Assembly: GCA_963722775.1 (NCBI GenBank)
Contig: CAVROF010000021.1
Coordinates: 6,668 to 70,667, forward strand
Source: an uncultured Gammaproteobacteria bacterium
GTDB taxonomy: Bacteria; Pseudomonadota; Gammaproteobacteria; Steroidobacterales; Woeseiaceae
Direction: 5' to 3'
DNA length: 64,000 nt
Part shown: in pieces, positions 9,984 to 20,000 of the stretch
Numbering within the stretch: position 1 is the first letter of the stretch
How the letters are laid out: each line of letters opens with the position of its first letter
Translations under genes and position numbers: made by a program
Notes under the pieces: model-generated
Database searches by the model: none
What the model was told of the DNA's origin: nothing
The model's input: the letters and a program-made list of their open reading frames with translations, nothing else

Positions 9984-10724
9984 GTGAGACTAATTCCAGC
10001 CCTCCTCCTTGTGACGCTTGCAGGCATTGCCAATGCAGGTGATATCGACGCCAAAGTTGAAGCCGCCCTCTCTGCCGAAGGCCGCCCTGAAGCCGATGTG
10101 GCACGTGACAAGAACCGCAACCCTTTAGAAACTCTTAAGTTCTTCGGCATGACCGACGATATGCGTGTTCTCGAGCTGCTGCCCGGCGGAGGTTGGTACA
10201 CGCGCGTTTTGGCGCCAGTGCTGGCCGAAAACGGCAAGCTCTACGTCGCACTGGGCACTGGCCGAGTGAAAGAGAACATCGTCACGCTGCCTGGCTTCGA
10301 GAAAGTCGAGGTACTCGAAACCAACGAGAACACACGTCGCCCTGAAGGTGCACGTCTATACACAATGGACGGGTTCGATTTCGGCGTTCGCGACCTCGAC
10401 ATGGTTCTCACGTTTCGCAACGTGCACAACTTTGGTGTAGAAGGTCGGACATTTATGCACCGCGAGTCGTTCGAAGCGCTTCGAAGTGGTGGTATCTATG
10501 GCATCGTCGATCACACTCAGCGCCACATGGAAGCCGATAACAACGAGAACCGCCGGCGCATCGACCCTGTACAGGTCATCAAGGAAGTTCAGGCTGCCGG
10601 TTTTGAGTTCGTGGACTACTCCGACCTGCATTTCCGCGCAGACGACGAACTCGAATACGAAGTTGGGCGCCGCTCGGTCAGCGGCAACACGGATCGCTTC
10701 ACGTTCCTGTTCCGGAAACCCTGA
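9984..10724 (+). CDS. predicted SAM-dependent methyltransferase with signal peptide
   Basis: GTG start and signal [28 protein letters not shown] is a class-I methyltransferase motif-I-like block. Confidence 0.7.
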   Translation: MRLIPALLLVTLAGIANAGDIDAKVEAALSAEGRPEADVARDKNRNPLETLKFFGMTDDMRVLELLPGGGWYTRVLAPVLAENGKLYVALGTGRVKENIVTLPGFEKVEVLETNENTRRPEGARLYTMDGFDFGVRDLDMVLTFRNVHNFGVEGRTFMHRESFEALRSGGIYGIVDHTQRHMEADNNENRRRIDPVQVIKEVQAAGFEFVDYSDLHFRADDELEYEVGRRSVSGNTDRFTFLFRKP

Positions 10725-10731
10725 TTCTGCG

Positions 10732-11184
10732 GTGAAAATATGGATTGATGCCGATGCCTGTCCTGTCGTGGTGAAGGAGATTCTTTTCCGAGCCGCCGAC
10801 CGGACAGGTGTTGAGCTGACCTTGGTCGCGAATCAGCCTCTGGCGACGCCGTCCTCTGCCAACATCAACACCTTGCAGGTCCCAAAAGGCTTCGACGTCG
10901 CCGACGACGAAATCGTAAAGCGCCTCGATGCGGGGGACCTCGTTATTACGAGCGATATCCCGTTAGCAGCCGAGGTCATCGAGAAAGGCGGTCATGCGTT
11001 GAGCCCGAGAGGCGAACTGCATACGACCGAGAACATTCGGGCACGCCTCAACATGCGGGACTTCCTCGATACCATGCGCTCGAGCGGCGTGGAAATGGGC
11101 GGTGGACCAGCCGCTTTCAGTCAACGCGACAAGCAGGAATTCGCCAACAACCTGGATCGATTCCTGACCAAATACACAAAGTAG
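10732..11184 (+). CDS. yaiI: YaiI/YqxD family protein (UPF0178)
   Basis: The family-typical N-terminus [21 protein letters not shown] begins at GTG 10732. The longer track ORF from 10486 overlaps the preceding gene and is not supported. Confidence 0.8.
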   Translation: MKIWIDADACPVVVKEILFRAADRTGVELTLVANQPLATPSSANINTLQVPKGFDVADDEIVKRLDAGDLVITSDIPLAAEVIEKGGHALSPRGELHTTENIRARLNMRDFLDTMRSSGVEMGGGPAAFSQRDKQEFANNLDRFLTKYTK

Positions 11185-11292
11185 TTGGCCTAAATGCCTG
11201 CAAAACAAGGGTTTTCATAATCCGAACTGGTTCACATCGTCTGATATTTCAGCGTGGAATAATCACCGGAATCCTTTATCCGGAGCAAGGCG

Positions 11293-12126
11293 ATGGAACA
11301 GTTCAAATACCTTCTGGCAACGGCGATTCTGCTTGCCACCACCATGGCGACAGCCCAGGACCAGTCTGAGGCCGAAGCCATTTACGCGAGCCTGAACTGG
11401 TCTGCGGGACCGGGCACCTTCGATGTCACGAAGAAGGCCACGCTCGACTTGCCCGCTGGCTACGATCGCCTCAGCGCATCGGATACCAAGAAACTCATGG
11501 AGCTCATGGAAAACCCGAGCTCTGGCAATGAATACTACGTCGGCCCGGAAGATGGCCGCTGGTTTGCCGTCTTCTCCTATGAAGATACGGGCCACGTCGA
11601 AGACGACGAGGAAATCGACGCTGACGACCTGCTCGACTCCATCAAGGAAGGCACCAAGTACGGCAACAAGGAACGCCGCGACCGCGGTTGGGCCGAGATG
11701 GACATCATCGGCTGGGAATACAAGCCGCGTTACAGCGACACATCGAATCGTCTGTCCTGGGCCATCCTTGCCGAAAGCGAAGGCTACGAGATCGTCAACT
11801 ACAACACGCGCCTGCTCGGGCGCACGGGCGTTATCTCGGCCACGTTGGTCGCCGAGCCCGACATTCTCTCGACATCAGTCGGCGAGTTCGAGTACGTGCT
11901 TGATGGCTTTTCCTACAAGTCCGGCGATCTGTATGCCGAGTACAAGGAAGGTGACAAGCTCGCTACCTATGGACTCGCTGCACTCGTAACCGGCGGTGCC
12001 GCGGCAGCTGTCGCCAAGGGTGCGGGCAAGGGGCTGTTCAAAGCGATCGGCCTTGGTATCCTTGCGTTCTTCGCCGCTATGCGCGGTTTCTTCAAGAGAG
12101 TGTTCTCCAGAAACAAGAGTGTTTGA
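11293..12126 (+). CDS. DUF2167-type membrane-anchored protein
   Basis: Signal peptide, acidic central region and a C-terminal Gly/Ala-rich TM anchor (LAALVTGGAAAAVAKGAGKGLFKAIGLGILAFFAA). Confidence 0.7.
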   Translation: MEQFKYLLATAILLATTMATAQDQSEAEAIYASLNWSAGPGTFDVTKKATLDLPAGYDRLSASDTKKLMELMENPSSGNEYYVGPEDGRWFAVFSYEDTGHVEDDEEIDADDLLDSIKEGTKYGNKERRDRGWAEMDIIGWEYKPRYSDTSNRLSWAILAESEGYEIVNYNTRLLGRTGVISATLVAEPDILSTSVGEFEYVLDGFSYKSGDLYAEYKEGDKLATYGLAALVTGGAAAAVAKGAGKGLFKAIGLGILAFFAAMRGFFKRVFSRNKSV

Positions 12127-12856
12127 TCACCTCGCGATTTATGCCGATATTCTTGTTCTGATTCTTGGAGCAATTCTCTACCTGACGGACCTCGCTCGCC
12201 TCTTGCATGCGAACGAGGTCCTTTTCGTTGGGCGCGCCAATGGCACCTGGTCCGCATTAACGCCCGCCAATGGCCTGCGCTTCAATCGCAAGATCGCTTT
12301 GTTTCCAAGGCTCTACGATCCCACAGTGGCCACTGTTCGGTTGATGTGGCCGTCGGACAAGACGCCAAAGAAAAAATACAAGACGAACCTGGAGTCGCGC
12401 CTCCGGCTACTGTTCGTACCGCGACATTTTTGCGCCTTGCTACTCCCGGAGATTTTCCTGGGTATTCCGATCGCCTACTCGGTGCTTGGAAATTCTGTAC
12501 TAACGCTAGCCATCCTCGCGGTCATCTACCTGCAGATCCTGTTTGTTGTCATCTGGCTGTTCATCTCGCGCAAAAAGTTGCAGTTAACCTGGAAGACCTG
12601 CCTGCTCCTCGCGTTCGAGTCGCTCATCTGCATTCCCTATGCTATCAATATGCACAGAAAGCTCGCCGAGCACCTCGTACCAGCGGACGTATCCGACGTG
12701 CTCGGCGCTGGTGAACAATTTCTTGACGAGGAGCAGCAACTCGAGTTGAAACGCTATATCCGCACGGCTGTCAGCACGCAGATCGAGCGCGCAGCCGACA
12801 CCACGCCTGCCCTCTCGGCACTGCAGTCCAGGCTGGACAAGGAGATTGGGACATGA
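12119..12856 (+). CDS. hypothetical integral membrane protein
   Basis: GTG 12119 overlaps the upstream stop by 8 nt. Several hydrophobic segments are present (IYADILVLILGAILYL, LTLAILAVIYLQILFVVIWLFI). The start is uncertain. Confidence 0.5.
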   Translation: MFDHLAIYADILVLILGAILYLTDLARLLHANEVLFVGRANGTWSALTPANGLRFNRKIALFPRLYDPTVATVRLMWPSDKTPKKKYKTNLESRLRLLFVPRHFCALLLPEIFLGIPIAYSVLGNSVLTLAILAVIYLQILFVVIWLFISRKKLQLTWKTCLLLAFESLICIPYAINMHRKLAEHLVPADVSDVLGAGEQFLDEEQQLELKRYIRTAVSTQIERAADTTPALSALQSRLDKEIGT

Positions 12857-12984
12857 ATTTCACTGAATTGCTGGTCATCGTCGGCGGCCTCGCCGCCGGC
12901 TGGTTCGTCGTTACGAGACTCATGACGGACTCATCGAAGGACATGCGTGACGAGTCCAAGAAGTCGGATCACGACTTCAGATAG
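12853..12984 (+). CDS. small single-TM protein (43 aa)
   Basis: Not in the track. An ATGA overlap joins it to the upstream stop. Translation is MNFTELLVIVGGLAAGWFVVTRL followed by a charged tail. Confidence 0.4.
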   Translation: MNFTELLVIVGGLAAGWFVVTRLMTDSSKDMRDESKKSDHDFR

Positions 12985-12994
12985 AATACTTACC

Positions 12995-13261
12995 ATGGCT
13001 GGCGGATTTGCAAAAGACGGTGCCGTTCAGGACCAGATCGACGCGACAGTAGAAGACGCGGTTAAACACGCGCGCGACCAGTTGCCGCGTGGCGAGAGCC
13101 TGAAGAACTGCGAGGAATGTGACGCCCCGATTCCGGAGGCGCGGCGAGAGGCTGTTCCCGGTGTGCGTTTGTGCATCACCTGCCAATCCGAACTGGACAA
13201 GGAAACCAAAGTTGCAGCCGGCTACAACCGGCGCGGCTCAAAGGACAGCCAGCTTCGCTAG
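12995..13261 (+). CDS. DksA/TraR-family C4-type zinc-finger protein
   Basis: Start at the internal ATG 12995. CEECDAPIPEARREAVPGVRLCITC is the TraR/YbiI-type CxxC...CxxC finger. Confidence 0.8.
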   Translation: MAGGFAKDGAVQDQIDATVEDAVKHARDQLPRGESLKNCEECDAPIPEARREAVPGVRLCITCQSELDKETKVAAGYNRRGSKDSQLR

Positions 13262-14565
13262 GGTTGCTTGTCGCGCCCCATAGATAGCCACTGTGAATCA
13301 ACCGCTGCCAGTTTCTCGCGTGCTTCGTGAAGTCGCGCATCGGCAATATGCTTCATCTTCGATGTATCTGCGATATCCAGACCGGTGCCTGGCTCCTCGA
13401 CCGCATTCGCCGGCATGACCATCTTGATGCGATAGTCACCAAGCGACACAATATCACTATCGTTCAAAATCTGACTCTTCACACGTTTTGAGTTGATATA
13501 AGTACCATTGCGGCTTTTGAGGTCGATCAGCAATACAGCATTCTCGGCCCAGACCAGTAGCGCGTGGTGTTTGCTGACGTACTGATTATCGATGACAACA
13601 TCACTCAGGTCCGATCGTCCCAGCAATGTTCTTACCCCGGACAGATGGAGTTCCTGCACCACCTTGCCGTTGTGCGAGACAATCAGCTGGGGCGGTTCAG
13701 ACTCCATCAATACCGGCAAGTCCTCGGCTTCATCGAGCTCGGGCACCATTTCCGACGAGTCGAACAGCTCACTTATTTCGGACTGGTCAAGACCCTCAAA
13801 CTGGATTGGCAACCCGTCGAGCTTTGCTATTGTTGAATCGGCAATGCTGTCCAGGTTGCCTGGCCATCCACCGCATGTCGTATGCAAATGATCGCAAATG
13901 TCTATCGGGAAAATACTGTCCGGCCTACTGATGCCGCTATCTTTGAGCCTTGCGTACAGGTAGACAACCGATTCCCTGGCCGTGAGCGGCCGCATTTCAA
14001 AATCACCGGCGAGTCGAATTGCGATTGGCAACATTCGTGGTGAATCGATCACACGACGGAAGTACCTGTCACCTACCAGGATAATGCGAAGCGCGAAGCG
14101 CTTGCTGACGGTCAGCATTGCCAACTGGCACAGCACGTTCAACGTGCTGGGATACATATGATTGAAGTGCTCGACTATCAGGACAGGCGCTTCTCGTGAC
14201 CGTGCCTGTTGCACTGCGAACACACTCAGCATGTTCAGCAACTCGTCGACCGAATTCAGTTCAAGCTCGTAGCCGAACTCGGTCAGTAGTTTCGTCAGGA
14301 ACTCGGTGGGTTTCAGGCGAGACCCGTCAACGACGGCAACCGCCGCACGCTCACTCACTTTCGCGGCGATTTGGTCGATCAGCTCGGATTTGCCGGCAGC
14401 CTCGGGCCCATGCAACAAACCCAGCGCTTTTTGGTCAGCGAGAATGCTCTCCAGAAAACTGAAGGCTTCCTGTTGTGACGGATACTGAATAAATTGTGTC
14501 ACGTGTTGCCCAACGTCGTGCAGTGCTTTGGGGTAGTGGCCGGGATACGGCCTCAGGTGACACAC
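13258..14565 (-). CDS. ExeA/GspA-like P-loop ATPase fused to a C-terminal FHA domain (paralog 2)
   Basis: Collinear with 8653..9828 (GPEAAGKS, LRIILVGDRYF, FPIDICDHLHTTCGGWPGNLDSI). The FHA core reads LLGRSD...VSKHHALL...LIDLKSRNGTYIN. The Walker B region (LIVEHFNH) is less canonical than in paralog 1. Confidence 0.8.
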   Translation of the reverse strand: MCHLRPYPGHYPKALHDVGQHVTQFIQYPSQQEAFSFLESILADQKALGLLHGPEAAGKSELIDQIAAKVSERAAVAVVDGSRLKPTEFLTKLLTEFGYELELNSVDELLNMLSVFAVQQARSREAPVLIVEHFNHMYPSTLNVLCQLAMLTVSKRFALRIILVGDRYFRRVIDSPRMLPIAIRLAGDFEMRPLTARESVVYLYARLKDSGISRPDSIFPIDICDHLHTTCGGWPGNLDSIADSTIAKLDGLPIQFEGLDQSEISELFDSSEMVPELDEAEDLPVLMESEPPQLIVSHNGKVVQELHLSGVRTLLGRSDLSDVVIDNQYVSKHHALLVWAENAVLLIDLKSRNGTYINSKRVKSQILNDSDIVSLGDYRIKMVMPANAVEEPGTGLDIADTSKMKHIADARLHEAREKLAAVDSQWLSMGRDKQP

Positions 14566-14703
14566 TGTCGCGCAATTCTGGCGTGCCGTCCAGATGTCTC
14601 CAAACGGCTACAGTAGGGAAAATACCAAGTTTTTGAGCGGTAAACGCCGAAGTAAACGAACGGGTGCCGGGCATGGTCGCGATCCGGCTCGAGTTTGGGA
14701 ACA

Positions 14704-14735
14704 TCGACAATTGTCGAGCTGTCGAGCTGTCGAGT
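14704..14735. promoter_or_regulatory. operator-like palindrome plus 8-bp direct repeats in a divergent intergenic region
   Basis: TCGACAATTGTCGA (14704-14717) is a perfect 14-bp palindrome. It overlaps TGTCGAGC TGTCGAGC TGTCGAGT (14712-14735). Confidence 0.3.
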
Positions 14736-14847
14736 TGTTCGCAGTCTTCGAGATTATCGTAGGGGGTTGGGGTTTCTGCCGACGCCGAGTAACGCCTTTT
14801 GCCGTGCTAGACTCGACGCGTTCCGGTTGGCGTGGTCAAGAGCGAAA

Positions 14848-17016
14848 ATGAATCGATTCATCAAAGAGTTGCGGCGGCGAGAAGTCATTCGTACAGCCGG
14901 CTTGTACATCGGTATTTGCTGGCTTCTTATCGAGGCTGCCAGCGTCCTGCTGCCGACATTCGATGCGCCCGAGTGGGTCATGCGCGCGATCGTCATCGCG
15001 ACCATCATCGGATTTCCCGTCATGCTCGTGCTGGCGTGGGTCTACGACGTAACGGATCAGGGTATCGAGGTCCAGCCAGACCATACCGATACGATCGTCG
15101 CGCCGCTGGGCAGCCGCAAGATGGACTTCGTCGCCATCGGGATTCTGTCCGTTGCACTGATTTTTTCGGTCTATCTCAATGTGACCGGAAGAAGTGGGCC
15201 GGCGGAGGCGCCTGACCCGGTGTCGATACTGATTGCTGACTTTGGCAACAATACCGGCAACCCAATGTTCGATGGCTTGCTTGAGCAGGCGCTGTCCATC
15301 GGTGTTGAGGGCGCACCGCACATCACGTCGTATCAGCGCAATTCGGCACTCCGGCTGGCCACGAAGTTACAGCCAGGTGTCGATGCCCTGACAGCGGAAG
15401 CCGCCAGGCTCGTTGCTGTCCGCGAAGGGATCAACTTCGTTCTGGCCGGCGCAATCAACACTGATGGGTCCGGATTCGAACTACGCCTGGAAGCCGTCGA
15501 TCCGACCACCGGAGAAGCGGTATTCGATGTCACCTCCAACGCAAAAGGCCCCGAGTCCGTATTGACGGCAGTCGGGCGATTGTCAGAAGACGTACGTGAA
15601 GAGTTAGGCGATACGACGCTCGACGAGACCGATGCGGCTACCGCAGAAACCTTCACCGCCGCATCGCTTGAAGCAGCACAAGCTTACACATCGGCCATCG
15701 ATACGGCGTTCGCCGGCGCTCATGAACAAGCGGTGCAGCTCTTCGCGAAAGCGACCAGCCTCGACCCTAAATTCGGCAGGGCATTTTCCGGTTGGGCATT
15801 GAGTGAGTTCAAGTTGGGTCGCACAGAAAAAGCGACCGAGTTGTGGAACACGGCGCTCTCCCTCATGGACACAATGACAGAGAGAGAACGACTGCGAACT
15901 CTGGGCCTTTACTATGTCAGCGTGACGGGTAATTTTGAGAATGCGGTGCAGAGCTTCTCTGAACTCGTCGAAAAATACCCGGCGGATGCCGCGGGGCATA
16001 ACAACCTCGCCGTTGCGGCGTTCTACACACGTGATTTTGAGACAGCATCCATCGAAGGCCGGCGGATCATGGAGATTTATCCGGCGAGTGAACTGTATCA
16101 ATCGAATTTCGCGCTCTATGCCATGTACTCGGGTGATTTTGATTCCGGAGCCGAAGTCGCAAACAAGTTAATAGCCGTTAACCCGGCCTGGGGAGCGGCC
16201 TACCTGCCGGTTGCCGTCGCTGCAATGGCTGCAGGCGACTTTGACGCTGCTCGCAACGCCTACGAGAAGATGTCGGAGGCGACAGCGAGTCATTTGCAGG
16301 GATCGATTGCTCGCCTTGGCCTCGCAGATCTCGCGATCTACTCAGGCCAGTTCCAGCAAGCACAGGAACTTCTGAAGTCCGGTATCGAGCTGGACCTGAC
16401 AGCGGAGAATCAGGCTGCGGCTGCCGCCAAGCAGATCGCTTTGGCGGAGACCCTGGCTGCAGCTGGAAATCTCCCGGCCGCGAGCACGGCAGCCGCAAAA
16501 GCACTGGAAATGTCTTCGCAGGACTCTGTTCGTATTGCTGCTGCGCGGGTCTACCTGGCTGCAGGTGACAAGGCGTCAGCCGCAATGATCAGCGGAGAAT
16601 TAACCAAGAAGATTCAGTCCCAGAGTCGCGCCTATGGCCTGATGATCCAGGCAGCGATCGCCCGTGAAGGTGGTGGGCATGCGCAGGCAGCCGACCTGTT
16701 GCGCAGTGCGTTGGAGCTCGCCGATTTATGGCTGATTCGCTTCGAGCTGGGCAAGACTTTCCTGGCCGCCGGTTTGCACGCGGAGGCCCTGGAAGAATTC
16801 ATGCATTGCGACGAGCGGCGCGGTGAAGCATCGGCAATCTTTATGGACGATACCCCAAGCTATCGCTATATGGCCGAACTGCCGTACTGGATCGGCCGTG
16901 CACAGCAGGGGCTTGGAATGCACACCTCATCCATTGAAGGCTTTGGCGCGCTTCTGGAGCTTCGTCCGGAAAGTGGGCCGCTGGCGGACGACGCCCGCCA
17001 GCGGATGAACCAGTAA
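14848..17016 (+). CDS. membrane-anchored TPR-repeat protein
   Basis: Start set at ATG 14848, which gives the family-typical N-terminus MNRFIKELRRREVIRTAGLYIGICWLLIEAASV. This is followed by a second TM, a periplasmic alpha/beta-type domain and about 400 aa of TPR-like Ala-rich repeats. Confidence 0.75.
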   Translation: MNRFIKELRRREVIRTAGLYIGICWLLIEAASVLLPTFDAPEWVMRAIVIATIIGFPVMLVLAWVYDVTDQGIEVQPDHTDTIVAPLGSRKMDFVAIGILSVALIFSVYLNVTGRSGPAEAPDPVSILIADFGNNTGNPMFDGLLEQALSIGVEGAPHITSYQRNSALRLATKLQPGVDALTAEAARLVAVREGINFVLAGAINTDGSGFELRLEAVDPTTGEAVFDVTSNAKGPESVLTAVGRLSEDVREELGDTTLDETDAATAETFTAASLEAAQAYTSAIDTAFAGAHEQAVQLFAKATSLDPKFGRAFSGWALSEFKLGRTEKATELWNTALSLMDTMTERERLRTLGLYYVSVTGNFENAVQSFSELVEKYPADAAGHNNLAVAAFYTRDFETASIEGRRIMEIYPASELYQSNFALYAMYSGDFDSGAEVANKLIAVNPAWGAAYLPVAVAAMAAGDFDAARNAYEKMSEATASHLQGSIARLGLADLAIYSGQFQQAQELLKSGIELDLTAENQAAAAAKQIALAETLAAAGNLPAASTAAAKALEMSSQDSVRIAAARVYLAAGDKASAAMISGELTKKIQSQSRAYGLMIQAAIAREGGGHAQAADLLRSALELADLWLIRFELGKTFLAAGLHAEALEEFMHCDERRGEASAIFMDDTPSYRYMAELPYWIGRAQQGLGMHTSSIEGFGALLELRPESGPLADDARQRMNQ

Positions 17017-17019
17017 GCG

Positions 17020-20000
17020 TTATCTCAACCTGACACAGGCGGTGGCAGCTGGATCGCCTATACCTGGTGGAGTTATTACGAGCAGGAAGCGTCCGCTCAT
17101 GTCCGGCGTCTTCCAGCTGAACTGCCAGGTCCTTGATGACGCGGAATAACGTTTGTCACTGCTGCCAGCATCGTCACCGGACCCGGAACCTGATGTCGCG
17201 CCGCTGCAATCGCTATCATTTGGCGCATACGGGCCGATCCAACTGACGGTCGGCGCCAGGAATCCGCTCTCGATTACGTCGCCTGAACCCGGGTCAAGAT
17301 AGAGCCAGTCGATCGGATTGGTGCTGCCTGCCTGGAGCTGCCCCTTGGGTACGATAAGGCGGATGCCGAAGGCCTGTTCGACGTCGATAACAAAAGAACC
17401 AGATGCCGAGTTATCGCTGGTGTCGGTTGCGGTACAGGTGACCGTTGTCTCGCCGATCGGGAACACATCCCCGGACTCGACATTGAAGCCATCCTGATCC
17501 ACGCAACTCGTCGCAGCCAGGAACAAATCGGTTGCCGAAACAGTAAACGAAACCACAACGCCGTCAGCCATGTTCGAGGCCATCGCAATATCGTTCGGAA
17601 CACTCAGCACTGGCGCCGTCGTGTCCTGCACGGTCACTGTCTGAGTATCGGAAGACGAGTTGCCATATGCGTCCGCAGCGGTCCAGGTGACGACCGTCGG
17701 GCCAAGTGGGTAGTCGGCGGGCGCGTCGTTGCTGATAGTAACCGGACCAACATCATCCGTTGCTGTTGCGTCACCGATCGAGACAATTGAGTTCGGCGCG
17801 GCATTGGCTTCTTCAGTTACGTCAGCGGGAACCGTGATTACCGGGTCGGTTGTGTCCTCCACCGATACAGTAAACGCTCCTGTGCTGAAATTGCCCGAGG
17901 AATCGGTCGCCGTGCAGGAAACTTCGGTCGCGCCGATCGGGAACACGCTACCCGAGACAGGAGCACAGGCGATGACGGGCATAGGGTCCGCATTATCAGA
18001 CGACTGAACCGTATAGGTCACGATCGCGCCAGCAGCGCTGGACGCCTCTTCCACAAGATTGCCGCCTATCGGCACAGGCAGTGTCAATATCGATGGCGGT
18101 GTTACGTCAGCAACGGTCAGTATGAAGCTTGCGGTCGTCGTATTCGGCTGGCCGGATGCATTGGGCCCATCGTCGCTCGCGGTACACGTCACTGTCGTGC
18201 TGCCAACGCCGAATTCGCTGCCGCTGGCAGGCGAGCAGCTGAGCGCAACATCGATATCGACATCATCGGCCACCGTGATGGTAGAACCGCCGAAACCGCC
18301 GACTGCGAGGAAGTCCACGATGGCGGTGCCGGTGATGGCATCTGCATCAACACTCAATGTCGCGGCCGGAATAGTCAGTACGGGTGCCGAGATATCGATG
18401 ATGTCGACATTTACCGTTACCGAAATCGTCGTGGCATTAACTCCGTCCACGGAGCAAGTGACTTGCCAATCACCGGCCTCGAGGTAGTCGGGTAACTGCT
18501 TGGTAATCCCGAGCGTTGCCGAGGTCGCGCTGCATTCGGGGACGATGGTCGCGCCGCGGTCGGTCGCAACCACCGCGCCGGTACCAGCGAGATCTACCTC
18601 TGCACCGCGCGGTTCGGTCGCAGTGAATGTAAACGTCGCGCCGTCATCAACGTTGAATTCCGGATCGACGTTGTCCTCGATATTGACCGTAAATGTCGAC
18701 GTCAAGCTCGTATTCGTGCCGTCGGATGCAGAACAACTGACGGTGTTGAGTCCAAACGGGAACACGCTGCCGGATTGTGGACTGCAACTGACGGTTATGC
18801 CGCCGGCATCGACGACGTCATCAATCCCAGTGGCCGTAAAGCTGATTCTCGCGCCATCGGGCGGCGGCAGGTTGGCTTCGATGGTCGCGTTGCCGTTCGC
18901 ATCGACTGCAAAGGTGCCAGCCTGTGGGTCCGGGTTTGCCGGGTCACGCGGTTCAACCGTGATTGCTGACGGCAAAGTCAGCACTGGTGCCGTGGTGTCC
19001 GAGACGGCAACAAGGAAAGATCGCGAAGAGTCGTTACCTGATGCATCGCTGGCGATACACGTAACGGCCGTTGACCCCAGAGCAAATGCGGAGCCCGATT
19101 CGGGCAGGCAGCTGACAGACGGGGCCGTGTCCACTGCATCATTCGCCGCAGGCGTCGCATATGTCACAACCGCACCGCTGGCGCTGGTCGCTTCAGCCGT
19201 CACGTCTGCTAGCGAGGGCAATGTCGGTGCCGTTGTATCAACCACCGACACCAGGAAACTCTCAAAGGTCGAATTGCCCTTGAAGTCCTCGGAGTAGCAG
19301 GTTATCGACGTACCCAGGGGCGACAACGCAATAAGCGAGCCTGACGCTGGCGTACAACTCAGGATGGGTGAAGGATCGAGATTGTCGCTCGCGCTCGCGG
19401 CGTAAGTGACGACCGCACCTTCGGGCCGATCCGCCTCAACGCTGAAATCGGCTGGAACTGAAATGATCGGCGGGGCAAGGTCCGGGCGAATCTTCTCGTT
19501 GCCGTTGTTCAGACAGTCGGGTTGATTAGGGACCGTTGTATTAACGACAGCGTCCTCGGTGCTGCACTGGTGTGCGCTGGCACCGAAGCTGATCAGGCGC
19601 GCCGCGCCGAACTCGCCGGAGTCCGCATCGCAAAACGGATCTGCGCGACAATCATCCAATTGCAGCTGTAGCGTCTCCAGCGTGACACGCGCATCACCGG
19701 TTGCCCAGATGCGAATCGTGACAACGACGTCCTTATCGGGAGAGCCGGTGAAAGACAATTCGCCGGCATACGGATTCTGGTTATTCGGAGAGAACGTCTG
19801 CGGCAGGGTCACGGCCTGCAACGACGGGGCATCCAGATCGCGGTAGGCAATGATCTGCTGATTGGCCGCGGGGACGGCGAAGCAATCTTGGGTAGACGTG
19901 TAGACGTTTGGCGTCCACGCAATCATCTGTACAGCGGCAGAATCAAGATCGAGACCGTTGACCTTGATGTCAGCGGAATAGGTTGTCGTGACGTTGGCAC

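Noticed and set aside
14695-14847. N-terminal 51-codon extension of the TPR gene as given in the ORF track.
   Set aside because: The extension is Arg/Cys-rich, contains the palindrome and direct-repeat element, and lacks an RBS. ATG 14848 yields the same N-terminal anchor motif seen at the start of the remnant gene at 63041.
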